Of a stretch of DNA of 64,000 bases, positions 49,777-62,093 are shown one piece after another. Numbering within the stretch: the stretch's first letter is position 1; each line of letters opens with the position of its first letter. This stretch comes from Utricularia gibba. Its lineage: Eukaryota > Plantae > Magnoliophyta. The stretch is from assembly GCA_002189035.1 (NCBI GenBank), contig CM007992.1, positions 3,782,001 through 3,846,000 on the forward strand. The letters run 5' to 3'. Below the pieces are notes generated by a model that was not told the DNA's origin, searched no databases, and worked only from the letters and a program-made list of their open reading frames with translations. The position numbers and the translations under genes were made by a program.

Positions 49777-52093
49777 ATGAAGGGTTATGCGGGGAGTGAC
49801 ACTGATTTTTAATTCGCAGTTTAGGGAGAAAAGAGTTAAAATTTAGCATTTTTCCGAGAGTAGGTTTGGGCTCTGTCCCACTGGAGGCGGAGAAACGTGT
49901 CCAGAATTGCAGACCCGATCTATGCATCAATTTGTTCTCGAATCTTGCCACTGCCGTTACCGTTTTTGGGGATTCGAGTTGTGATCGTGTCTAGGCGAAT
50001 CCATTACTTCTACAAGCAACGGAAATCACAGGGAAATATCGTGGTTTGGAAGAACTATCTTGAGGATTGGAGGGCTGCCGTAGGCGTGTTATGATGAACG
50101 GTGGTTCAGTGGGGAGAACCTGGGGGGTTAGTAGGACATGGGGTTCAGCGTCCCAGGCTGACATTTGGCTTTAGGAGTTTGTAATCAGGTCGCTCAGGAA
50201 AGTGACGATTCTGCCGACCCAACTCGAAGTGAGGGGTTTTCAGCTTTTATCGATGACTTTTCTTCAAGGATTTCACCTATCGCATGGGTACTTTCCGAAA
50301 GAAGTGGATATATTGCTGTGTCTATTGTGTAAAATGATATCTCTGGGTGATTCTCAGGGCTTTCCCCCGTTGGGGACTCACAATACTCCAGCGATGCAAA
50401 CTGGGGTTGCATGCTCCGAAGCAGCCAGATGCTCTTTGCTCAGGTTTCACTTTCTGCTCTTTCAGTTTTCTTGCAAAATTCTCTTTTTTATCATGTATCT
50501 TTATTTTCGCGGTTGGGCTCAGGCGTTTCTATTCCTGAAAATGGGAAGGTCATGGAGGAAGTCTTGTGCCAAGGTATGGCAAGAGCCGTAACATTCTTTT
50601 GTATTATGGCTTCACCATGGTGGGAGATTTGATCGAATGGTCTTAGGTTATCGCTTCAACATGCTAGTAAAACAAGTTGAACATTGTTTCTTCCCTTGAC
50701 AGCCTTACGCCCACTTAAACTTAGCAACTTTTTGGTGATTCTGAGGATTCACCGTGTTCTATACATAATCTTCTCCAAGCCGGAATTGCTTATGGCCTTT
50801 CCCCTGGATCATGGGTCGGCCCATATGCCGTGTGCCGGGCTTGGGAGTGTTTGCTGCGCAATACAAATAGTGAAGTCTTTGGCTCATTGATGACCATACA
50901 TGTGGTTTCTGGTGATGAAGATGGTGAAAGAGGTGGTGCACCATTTCTGTGCACGGAGGATGTATCCAGGCAATGCTATGAGTTCGGTAGGGGCCAAGTG
51001 GATTGGGCATCTATCCTGTTGTTGGGTCCTTTGGTTCTAGGATTGGAGAAGGTCAATCCAAGGTAAACTATAAATACTTCAAAATATTTTGTTGGCATTT
51101 TTTATCCAGAAGTTTGCTATATTCATGTCACTCTTTGCCGCATGTAGCACCTATTAGTGTGTGATTTCCATGAACCACTGCACAACATGGAATCACATCA
51201 ACATTTTTAATGTTGGAATTAGGCCTTTCTCAATGATCAAGGCTCACATTTTTCTGCTCTCTGGTGTCCTCAAAAGTACATTAGAACTCCATTTAACAAC
51301 TTCTGTGGAGTTTTTGTTGCCCTTTCATTGCTGATGCTCTCAGTGCAGCCCTTCTCTTTTCATGTTTTTCCTGATTGTTGAAGGAATACGGTAACTAAGA
51401 AATCTAAAAATTTTCTCGAGTGTTATCATTTGTAAAGTTCATACTTTCGCAGTTTGTTAGAAATAGACTGAATTTATACTCTACCATGGAATGTGCAGCC
51501 TGACTTTCCCTGCTATCTTTGAGATCTCCTGTTCTTGCTTTCAGGTGGTTCACATGAGGAAGGATGACATAGGTTCTGGAATGTTGTCGTACCATCGCAA
51601 GTAGGTGATTCCTGCCTGTTAAATGGCGTCACGCAGTTGATTTAAAAAGAAAACTTTGATCCAGCAAACGTTGATATTTTGTTGGCACGTGATGATGCTT
51701 GTTTTGCAGCGTTGTCCGGCAAATGCCTCTGGATTCAATCGATTCATCCCTGGCAATTGGCTTTTTTTGCAGGGTCAAGACAAGGTCACAAGAGTACGCA
51801 GGCTCCATCTTTAAAACAAAAAAACCTGAATATCATTTTTGATGAGCTGAATAGGTTGATGGTGTTTGTTGGTTGCGACAGGCGACTTTGATGATTTCTG
51901 TTCACGTGCCTCAGAACTCATCAAGAAGTCGAATGGTGCCCCACTGTTCACAATCCGTTCCTCAAGGGCTGAAAATAATAGTAATCACTGTATGGTGAAT
52001 GGAGGAGATACCGCCACAATACCAAGTGATGATCCCGTTGAGGGACTGTGCTGCTTTGAACAGCCATATGAAGACGACTGGCAACTTGTTTAA
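49777..52093 (+). pseudogene. ATG4: ATG4 cysteine protease pseudogene
   Basis: DIWL.GVC, DDFSSRI, GDSQYSSDANWGCMLRSSQMLFAQ, SIHNLLQAG..YGL.PGSWVGPYA.CRAW, SGDEDGERGGAP, PLVLGLEKVNPR, DSID.SLAIGF, DFDDFCSRAS...GAPLFTI, terminal EDDWQLV*. Many frameshifts, and no recognisable YLDPH exon. Confidence 0.85.
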
Positions 52094-52428
52094 ACCCATA
52101 TGAACGAGCACTTTCATCTTTTCAGATGTCCGACGTTTTTGAATCAGGATCACGAGCTCAAAAAACTTCAGCAATGTTAAAATCGAAACCAGTCAGAATA
52201 CAGACAAGGCATCACCATTCAGATCCACGGCCATGAAATTTGTATTATTATAAATTGAATTCTTTTTCTAATAAGATAAATAGTTATCCCAATTTTCAGG
52301 AATCAGCTAATCCTAATCGTGCAACAAACAGGGTTCGTAATTTGCCAAACTCAAGATGATAGAACCTTTTGTATTTTAGTCTCGGTCCGGAGCGAATGGA
52401 AGATGAATAGCATCACCACAGGCTTCTG

Positions 52429-54049
52429 ATGCGGCTGACTGGTATGCAAATGGACAGGATTTCGCAACGTGGAGCCCCTAGAAACCTCAGAATACCCCCG
52501 TGCATTACTTGGTTCCGACGCTTCTCCCTTACGAGGCCTGTTTTCCAATACCCGCAAAACATCAACCCAAAATTCGTTCTCCTCTCATCATTCAGTGCCG
52601 ACATTTCATCTCATCAGCTCATCATGGAAAAATGCTCACAAGGTGTCCTTATTGCCTGCCTGTGATTGAACATTTAATCTTTCACTTCGTGTATCTTTGA
52701 CGAGCCATATTCGGTCGTTGTGATTTTTGTTTGTCTTTTATTTACTGGATTGGTGGTGAAGAAACTGAGTCAAGTATGAAAGATCAGTTAAGGGGAGGCG
52801 ACTGCAAGGAAACTTCTGCTGCCAAAGAAACCTGCCATATATCTGATATTTTACTTCCTCATATACTCAAATTGTGAGTGCGTGTTGTCATATTATGTGT
52901 TTTTTAGATGTTATTTGGGACTCACTTCCCGCAAGGTTTCTCATCATATCCTCACACCAGATGTTGGGATATAGTTGTGTCAGGTTGATCTTGGTCTGTA
53001 CTCTGTAGCATGATTGAAGCTAATGACATGATGGGAGATTTGAAGCTGCATTTTATTTTCTTCTGGTTTAAGTAAAGTAAAGCCCATGTTTTCTTTCTTT
53101 GTTACGTATTTGCTGCCACTGATTTCAGATATGCATCTCGTGCTGAGCCTCAAGATTTTGAAATCTACGCACCAGAGGCCACCTTCGAGGACCCGCTGAT
53201 GCTTGGAAGGGGGTATGCAAGAAACCTTATAATGAGTTATATATCTTAAAACTGTGGGCAACTGCCATGCTTTTTGATAATTTTTTTTTATCAGTAAAGG
53301 AACACAAAACCATGCTTTTCGATAATAATACGCCTATGTATGTGGGTAAATTTTTGTAACAATGAGGATCAGCCCGGATAACGATGAGATTATTGTTTTC
53401 CTGATTTCTTGTCATAGGGTGAAGGAGATCAAGTCAGCATTCTATTCACTTGGCAAGGTTGAGAGGCCCGCGCTCATTTTCTAGTCAATAGCTAGTTCTT
53501 AAGCTTTATACGTGTGTTGTTTTCTGCTTCAGGTCTTCAGCGAGTCCAGAATCGTGGAATACACTGTCCAAGAACATGAAACCTCACCTGGAAAGACAGA
53601 GGTAAAGAAAGGATTTTTTTTATATCTTTTTTGCATCGTTACAGTGGCAGGCACTCTTTAATCTCAACCACTAACTATGTTGTGCGACATCATTTACACT
53701 TGAATGGAGTCCAGATATTAATTGACAACAAGCAGTACTACAAGTTCCTGGGGAAGGACGTAGATGTGATCTCTCTTATCAAGATATACACTGAGAATGG
53801 GAAAATTGTTCGTCATGAGGACTTGTATGATGAAACGAAAACACTTATTCCAAGGTTTATTTGCTCTAATTTTAACATCTTTTTTCTCTTGTGTGTTACA
53901 ATGTCTTAAACAGGTGGGACAAGAAGGCGTTACGGAACAAGGAAACCATTAAATCACCGCTCTTTGGCAGTCTCATGGAGGCAACAAAACGAGCATCTAT
54001 GTTCGCAACCCATGCACTCATGAGGTTTGGGAAGGACCCACCCCTGTGA
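52429..54049 (+). CDS. NTF2-like/SnoaL-like superfamily protein; start uncertain
   Basis: ISDILLPHILKL|YASRAEPQDFEIYAPEATFEDPLM; VKEIKSAFYSL.K|VFSESRIVEY; ILIDNKQYYKFLG...IVRHEDL|WDKK...FGKDPPL*. Confidence 0.8.
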
Positions 54050-56367
54050 AGACAAAAGCCCCATAGGATGAATGCTTAACGTTATTGAGGTACACACATA
54101 AGTGATACGTAAACCTTTGTCGTTGAGATACATAAGATTGTTGTTATTGTAAGAATCAGTTTGTTTTCCCCGGTCTTCACAAGTAGTTGCCTAGCTCAAC
54201 GTTAGCATTAATGAATAATCATGGAATGAGTGCTTTAGTTTTCCGTTTCTCTCTTTCTCCAGCTTGGTCTTTCGTGTGGATGAATGCTTGACCGAAAGAT
54301 CGAACATGAAATATCCCACAGCTAAGATAATCTCCGTCAACATAAAAAAAGGAAAAAAGATGACTAGCAGGGACAATATTTTCCAACCTGAGCAAGCCGG
54401 AAATACTTCTGAATTTGGAGGGTTGAAAATAAAGGAGAAGGTGGACATTCTTGTTCCTTTCTGTTCGATTTGATCATTTTTCTGACTGAGATCTTCTTCG
54501 CTTGCAAGACCCCGGCTCACGTGATCAGTTACCGTTTTCTTTGTGATTGAAGTCCATGTCAATGATGAATGTGAATCTCACTCGATCATATTCGAGAGAT
54601 CGGTGGCACTCTTCATATCTCTTTGCACAAAATCAGGATGCCAGAAAAAAAGAACCAGAGGGCAGCTCTTGTTTAGCTTTTATTATATGAAATGGGGTAC
54701 TGATGGAAGAAAAAGGGAAAAGAACTGTAGGCCTATGGCTGTGAGCAGATTTTGACAGGGCCTTCTCCATCTTTTCCTTCTTTTTTCTTAAGGATTCCTA
54801 TAAAATGATTTATGTATGGTTACATTGCCTCTATTACCCACTGCTTACTTAAAGTCAAATCCTCGTGTTGTTGCGCACTGACGCATACACGATGATCGAT
54901 TGATATCCAACCAAGAACCATAAAAAATTGCATTCCGTAGCCAATGCTGTAATGCCGGTTCTAACTTAGTCATGAAATCAGCCGATGAAGAGTTATCTAG
55001 TACAAAGAACTACCATAAGTGGTAGCAGCTGCTCAACTGAAAACAGCCGATGCATAAACCCTTTGAGGTTTGTTTGGTCTTTTGCATTTGGATTAAGGAT
55101 TTGTGCTGTAGATTTTGTGAATATAAATCACCGCAATCTGGTTTCATATCCTTCTTCTCGAACTTGTATATTGCTCCTTCCACCAAAGTCTCCGTGGTGT
55201 CTATGTGTTTCGCTCATGACGACCATCTTCACTCATTTCTTACTCACCATGGAATCTAAAAGAGCCAACACACCACCATTCTCATATTTATTCATTCCGG
55301 ACTCTGGAGCTGACAGAAGACAATGCTGATGTCAGAGATTCGCAACTTTGATGGCTAATACATGTGGCTGCTGCTACTGCTGGTTTTCAATGGAGACGCG
55401 GTGCTGGTGTGCCTGCAACGACGGCATGAAATTTCCGTCCCGAAATCTTCTCAGATTGAAAAAAAAAAAGGATTCCATAGTTTATCGATGGAATAAATGA
55501 TTAATATAGTAATGTAAACTATTATTTGAATATAAACATGTATTGGGGTTACAAGTTTTATTCCAATGTGTACACGTGCACTTGTATATAAATCGATCGC
55601 ATATTTATAAGAATTTGGTGTGCGCAAAAATTATAAATAAATATCAAGCTACAGCGATACAGCCAGCCAGCAAGCATGTAACAAATAAAATAATTATTAT
55701 TATGTACTAAATAAATTAGTGTGGATCATTCCAGCATACCAGAAAATAGATAGATTCTAGGGCATCCCCGCCGGTTTCCTCGCCTGCTGCTCCTTTCTTT
55801 TTTCAGTTCGAAGGTGAGTTTTATTTTTTCTGCTTGATACTTCTCTTGAATCGATCTCTGCGGCAGGGATTTGTTGATGTAGTTGCTGTTGTTCGCCTGC
55901 CTATCCGCTTGCTTAATTTTGTTTGGTTATGGGTGGTGTTGTACCGGATTTGAATTAATTGAAAAGTATGATCCTCTTTTGGTTCTATGTTTCATCGAGA
56001 AAGATAGATCATAGCTCCCATGAATTGCTTAAGGTGCTGAGCTGAATGGGGCATTTTTTTTTTTTTTTGCGTGGATTTCTGTTATAGTGTAGTGGAAAAA
56101 CTCGGCTAATTTTACAGCGATATATTGTTGTCCCGACGATAGCTTTTTCCCATCTCAACAAGGTGCAAAACCATACTTTTTCACTCATATATTTGAAATC
56201 ATGCGCACACTAGAATAAATTTTATGTTATTGAAGATAAGTTTATCTGGGGCATATCAGTCGTTGATATGGGTTTCTTCCACCACATTTGCTTTGAAAAC
56301 TTGGTGTGTGTGTGTGTGTGTTTTTTTTTTTTTAATTCTGAAGTAGCATTTTCGGCAGGGCATCACC

Positions 56368-57681
56368 ATGGCGGAGAGTCATGAGAATGATAAGAATATT
56401 GAAATATGGAAGATCAAGAAGTTGATAAAGGCTCTAGAGTCTGCAAGAGGAAACGGTACTAGTATGATATCACTCATCATTCCACCTGGTGATCAAATAG
56501 CACGTGTGACTAAGATGCTTGCTGAAGAGTATGGCACTGCCTCAAATATCAAAAGTAGGGTGAATCGTCAATCTGTGCTTGGTGCCATTACTTCTGCACA
56601 GCAGAAACTGAAACTGTATAACAAGGTTCCTGCTAATGGTCTAGTGCTATACACTGGAACCATAGTGACTGATGATGGAAAAGAAAGAAAGATGACCTTC
56701 GACTTTGCTCCCTTCAAGCCCATAAATGCTTCTCTATATCTTTGTGACAACAAGTTCCATACAGAACCTTTGACTCAACTCTTAGAGTCTGATGAGAAGT
56801 TTGGCTTTATAGTCATGGATGGAAACGGCACCCTTTTTGGCACATTAAGCGGCAACACTAGAGAGGTACTACACAAATTCACTGTTGACCTTCCCAAGAA
56901 GCATGGAAGAGGTGGACAGTCAGCTCTTCGTTTTGCCCGTCTTCGAATGGAGAAGCGGCACAACTATGTGAGAAAGACTGCTGAACTGGCAACGCAGTTT
57001 TTCATAAATCCTGCAACTAGTCAGCCAAATATATCTGGCCTAATACTTGCTGGATCTGCTGACTTCAAGACTGAACTAAGTCAGTCGGATATGTTTGATC
57101 CACGCCTGCAGGCCAAGATATTAAATGTTGTAGATGTGTCATATGGAGGGGAAAATGGTTTCAATCAGGCTATTGAATTGTCTGCTGAAATTCTATCCAA
57201 CGTGAAGTTCATCCAAGAGAAGCGCTTAATTGGGAAATTTTTTGAAGAAATCAGCCAGGACACAGGAAAGTACATTTTTAGTGTGGAGGACACATTAAAA
57301 GCTTTGGAGATGGGAGCTGTAGAAACACTGATTGTGTGGGAAAACTTGGACATTAACCGTTATACCCTCAAAAACAGTGTCTCCAATGAGATTGTGATTA
57401 AAAATTTTAATAAGGATCAAGAGAATGATTCAAGCAACTTCAAGGACCCAGCCACCGGAGCAGAACTGGAGGTTCAGGAGAAGAAGCCATTACTGGAGTG
57501 GTTTGCCGAAGAGTACAGAAATTTTGGGTGCTCTCTTGAGTTTGTGACAAATCGGTCTCAAGAAGGTTCACAGTTTTGCCGTGGTTTTGGCGGCATTGGG
57601 GGTATCCTTCGTTACCAGGTTGACATTCGCTCCTTTGATGAACCATCTGATGAAGGAGAATATGATGAGGATTCAGATTGA
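56368..57681 (+). CDS. ERF1: Eukaryotic peptide chain release factor 1; intronless CDS, 5'-UTR intron ~55814-56358
   Basis: Intact 437-aa ORF with TASNIKS, YLCDNKF and GRGGQS motifs. Confidence 0.97.
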   Translation: MAESHENDKNIEIWKIKKLIKALESARGNGTSMISLIIPPGDQIARVTKMLAEEYGTASNIKSRVNRQSVLGAITSAQQKLKLYNKVPANGLVLYTGTIVTDDGKERKMTFDFAPFKPINASLYLCDNKFHTEPLTQLLESDEKFGFIVMDGNGTLFGTLSGNTREVLHKFTVDLPKKHGRGGQSALRFARLRMEKRHNYVRKTAELATQFFINPATSQPNISGLILAGSADFKTELSQSDMFDPRLQAKILNVVDVSYGGENGFNQAIELSAEILSNVKFIQEKRLIGKFFEEISQDTGKYIFSVEDTLKALEMGAVETLIVWENLDINRYTLKNSVSNEIVIKNFNKDQENDSSNFKDPATGAELEVQEKKPLLEWFAEEYRNFGCSLEFVTNRSQEGSQFCRGFGGIGGILRYQVDIRSFDEPSDEGEYDEDSD

Positions 57682-58370
57682 GTTTTCCCATGCCCATCTC
57701 AACCATGTAACTGTTCCCGTCAACATGCTGGGCGTTGGTTTGTGCTTCATATATGATCAATCCGATGCATCTCTTGGAAGTGTCTCAGATTTAAAATGAT
57801 GCTTTTCTTTTTCTTTTTGAACGCTATGCGATGCTCAGCCTTTCTTGTTTATGCATCATGAAATCTTGACCAAATTTATTCAGACTTTATATTTTGTGCT
57901 GCAAAAAATGACAAATGTTGAGATTATTTTATGCAAAAGTAAGAAGCAATGCCTGCTGATTCTGGATGTGCTCATATATATGGTGCTCCAGTTTTCTGTT
58001 CATGATGTTCGTAGTTTTTAAAGGCCTGCTTATCATCTCATCCTTGCAAGATGGAGGAGGCTATCTAGTGTTCTGGTGTAACAGAGGGCAAGCGTCAGAA
58101 AATGGAGTCTATATTCTTGTTTTGTTTTTTTGAGAGTCCAAAATTTGAGGTATAGAACTGATTCGTCATGCCAACCAATCTCAAAGCGAGCCAGACTGAG
58201 TGAACTCAGCAACTGTAACTGGTTTTCGTGTTTCGCTGCAAAGTAGTATTCACGAGAAAAATCGAAGCGCTATAGACAAAAGAAGCTAGAGACGTGCCCC
58301 TCCGGAGTAATTGTTGGCAACCTACCGGTGTCATGGCTATTTTAAATATTAACATTTGACTAACCCACCG

Positions 58371-58959
58371 TCATGCAGAAACTATCAACCCATGATTCGA
58401 GTTCCTATTCATATGTAGGTACCATCCCAAGAGATGTTCATTCCCAGTCTCCCCAAAGCCTATGAGTCTTCTCCATTTCTTGCACAGTAATCTTGAAGAC
58501 CAAATAAGGATTTCCAACACTGAGGCCAAAATTCCCTTCTTAATGAACCTCAAATCAGAAGAGGAATAGGAACCTGCTACGACTACTTTTTTTTCTATTT
58601 CTACTGCTTCTTCTTCCTTGAGGATGGAGGAGCTCCTCGTGTTCCCTGGCTCAAAAAGCTGCCTCTCTGATGACCTTCATTCGCGGATGATTGTATCCAC
58701 TATCCAGAGGCACTGACTAGATGAGTTCTTCCTCTTCATTCTTCTTGTTAACACTTACAATACCATACATTGGCAAGTTACTGCTGGAGGAGGGTCTGGT
58801 GATGCAAGAATCAGAAGTTTCTTGATCATCTGATGCTTCAAACAAATTCCTGTCGAAAGTGGCTTCTTGCCTTCACTGGCTCGAGAGTAAAGGATTTCAG
58901 GAATGTTGTAAGTGGCTTCATGCTTCAAACATGGTCACGCTCTTCATTTTCATGGACAT
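58371..58959 (-). pseudogene. Decayed OVATE family protein (OFP13-like)
   Basis: QLFEPGNTRSSSILKE, then PYLVFKITVQEMEKTHRLWGDWE* and EHLLGWYLHMNRNSNHGLIVSA* in different frames. These match the OVATE domain consensus PY.DFR.SM.EMV..HGL.DW...EELL.WYL..N....HG.I..AF. Confidence 0.75.
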
Positions 58960-59251
58960 CTCCTTCCTACGTGTCTTCTGTTTGTTCTTGTGGAAGGGTA
59001 TCAGTTGGAAGTAGGAGGTTGTGAGGATTGTGATAGTAATGTATATTTGTATGTGATAACAAGAGAACAGACGAGAAGTGAAGAGGAGGATGGTAATCCA
59101 TAGGGCATCATTTTATGTATCTGTTAAATCAGTGAATCAAGACAGTATCGTGTTGGTGCAGAATCACTTGTGACCAGGCGACTGAGAAGCAGAATTCTTA
59201 TGTGGATCATTTGATGGATGACAAAGAAATACATTTTTTATGCCTAATGAT

Positions 59252-60283
59252 CTAATATAACCTTGCAATTTGTGGACTGCAAAAAACCAAGACTTCAGCA
59301 AGAGTGGCTTTACGATCATCCCCAAATACAGATTCCTTCCCATCGGGCCTTTTGGCATACGAAAGTCCCAGTCTAGACTTAGCCTGCCTTAGATCTCCCA
59401 CCCCTGAATTTGTATCCGGGCCGGTGAAGCCACCCATTACCGGAGACAATGGTGGTCCGATGAGTAGTCCGTCGGCACCAAATTGTGGTCCTCCTCGAGC
59501 GTAATCGAAGAGTGCGGCGCCGCTGCCGCCTACTTTGGGCAAGACGATGGGCTCAATATGGGCTTTGGAGGGCCAATAGAAGAGAAACGCATCAAATGTA
59601 TCGTAGTAGTCATCTGTGCTACGGTAGCCTTCAGGATTGAATGCACCGAACTTGAGGGCTTTCATGTGTGTGTAGCAAATGACGACGCAGGGCCCTTTGA
59701 AATCGCATCTGTCATGGAAATTTGTGGCACTGAAGCCATCGACAGTGGCCTTGTAACAACACTTGAGCTCCCTGCCTGGAAAAGGTGACGGATTTTCTTA
59801 CAATGCATTTGATGAGACGAAAATAAACCAAGAAATGTACTGTGATGTGTATGGATTTAGACGTTTAGTAGCACCAACGTTGGCTTAATGTAGCCGTGAA
59901 TCCTTCCTAGAGTTTCAAATGTGTGTAAAAAGGCGATTAGAAAAAGCAAAGGCAAAAGCATCACCCTTCAAGAATGTTTTGGAGACGAGAGAGGAAGGAA
60001 ACTGAAGATCTGTATCATGGTGATAGCCTGGTTCTGGTGCTGGTTGCCTTGTACCTACGTCCCAGTTGAACATGGACCACCTTGTGGATGATTTCTTCCA
60101 CAGACCAGGATTCGGAATAGATAAGCACTTGATCATGTTTACGTTTTCCTCGTAACCTGGCCGTTTTTCGTTAGACAGCAAATACCACACACAAAATCTG
60201 CTAAACGAGTGGTGGATGATTGTGTTTATATTCTGAAGGATAAGCAAGCCTCTGATCTGATCCTGTGGTGGTGAAGTGTCCAT
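59252..60283 (-). CDS. TLDc-domain protein, probably plastid-targeted; start uncertain (60283 or 60136)
   Basis: TFLK|[32 protein letters not shown]...[26 protein letters not shown]...[15 protein letters not shown]. Confidence 0.85.
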
Positions 60284-60725
60284 GACAGATATCGTGGGGA
60301 AATTTGAATTTCACGCCTCTCTTAAAGCTTCTTCTCTCTCAAACACATTAACTCAACAATACAACTGACAAAACTGCTGGGCATCCTTAAAACAAAAAAA
60401 GAAACAAAAAAAACTTGTCGGCTACGACAAACATCTTCACATCGGCTCTGAGAACTCCCAACCCAAAAAAGAAATAAAAAGGAAAACTAAACTTCTAGAT
60501 GGAATATTGCCTCAAAACTAGTTTATCAATCAAAACAACATGAAGACTTACCCGAAGGTCTCCTTTATTTTTTGTATGATGGCACTATTTTTATTTCTTC
60601 TTATTAATCTAAAATACAATATGGATGTTAGTCTTGGAATTCCATGTTGTCTGTGGGTACAATGATAGCTTGTTAGTGCGAGAAATAATAATATGCTTAC
60701 ATTCAACTCAACTAACCTTCCCAAT

Positions 60726-61343
60726 TCATGGAAGTTTTCTGGTTTTTTTGGACTCGTCTCCGACAGCAGGGAGATTGAGGTCTAGTGACAACACTATTTT
60801 GCGTTTGTTAGCCTCGAGGACTGGCTGTTGCTGGTGATCTATAGCCCTTGGATCAGGTCGGATGATAATGTTGTTGCCTCTATGCTTCCTCATGTGTCCT
60901 CCAAGGGCCTGACCGGATGAGAACTCTGCATCACAAAATGAGCACTCGTGTATCCTGGAAAACTTAGGCCTCGAGGAAAAGTTACTCAGTTGAAGAGAAA
61001 GAATGGAGGGTCCAGGGGAATAGTTCTCCTCATCTACAGCCCGAAACATTCTCCTATCATTCTTCGACTTGTTGTGGCTAGTGCGGTGACCCCCAAGGGC
61101 CTGAAAGGAAGGGAATGCCCGCCCACATGTCTTGCATGTATACGTGTCTTCACATTTTGGACCCTGCGACAGGAGGATGAGGCTTTGGGCTGTGTCAACT
61201 TCGGTGGATGTGGTGTTCTCAATCTCAGTCTCCTCCAAGGCGCTAACAGGGGAACACCTCTTTCCGTTGGCGATGATGGTAGAAGAATGGTCCCCATCAT
61301 CATCATCTCCATCATCCCGAGGCAATATGGCGATTTGATCCAT
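60726..61343 (-). CDS. Two-finger C2H2 zinc-finger repressor (ZAT type) with EAR motif
   Basis: CKTCGRAFPSFQALGGHRTSH, HECSFCDAEFSSGQALGGHMRKH, LSLDLNLP. Confidence 0.93.
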   Translation of the reverse strand: MDQIAILPRDDGDDDDGDHSSTIIANGKRCSPVSALEETEIENTTSTEVDTAQSLILLSQGPKCEDTYTCKTCGRAFPSFQALGGHRTSHNKSKNDRRMFRAVDEENYSPGPSILSLQLSNFSSRPKFSRIHECSFCDAEFSSGQALGGHMRKHRGNNIIIRPDPRAIDHQQQPVLEANKRKIVLSLDLNLPAVGDESKKTRKLP

Positions 61344-62093
61344 TTCTCCTCTGCCAGCCTAGCATCATCACCCATGATCACCATAAAAGAATGGCCATGA
61401 TAGGATGTCAATTTGTTAATATTCAGAGGAAGAGCGGGATGTAGTGGGAGAGAGGAGGAGATAGAAAGTAGGATTTGATAAATAAGCAAGGCAGGAGGCA
61501 GAGAACAAGAGAAACTGGCGTGGCAGTGTGGGGTGCTTATTCAACATAATTAGTGAATGCGAGAGGTTTTTCAAGTCAAATGAGTATATTTTTCCGACCT
61601 AAATATAGTCGATAATCAAATTGACAGAACCATATATACTAGTAGTTCTCATCCCCGTATAATAAAACTAAAGAACCACTTGACTCGCAATTCCAAAAAA
61701 ATGTTGATTACGATTACAATGTGGAAAAAAAGCCTATAAGCTTATACATAGTTTTTGCATTCATGCGACGTGATTTTTTTTTTTTCGCTAGACGTTTAAA
61801 ATCTTGGATTAATTTGGCAACTTTCATTTCATCCCTGGAACCCCAGGGCCCAAACTCCCTTCTCTTTCCCTCTCTATCGCTTTTCTTTCTGGAGGCGAAT
61901 CAAATGAAAAGCTCGCACTTTCAGCAAGTCTTCGCAGATCTCTTCCTTTTGTCCACCCTATTTTTAAGGACTCACTTCCGAAAAACCGCGAGAGCCTGGA
62001 AGGCTCTTTGCGTCTTCTCCTTCTTACTCGTAGGCCTACAGCGTAGGCCCTGCTCTTTATAAAGAAGGAGAAGGTTTTTTTACAACTTCAAGG

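Noticed and set aside
54190-55440. ORF fragments with stops that might be another decayed gene
   Set aside because: No family motif recognised in any frame I translated; cannot support a call.
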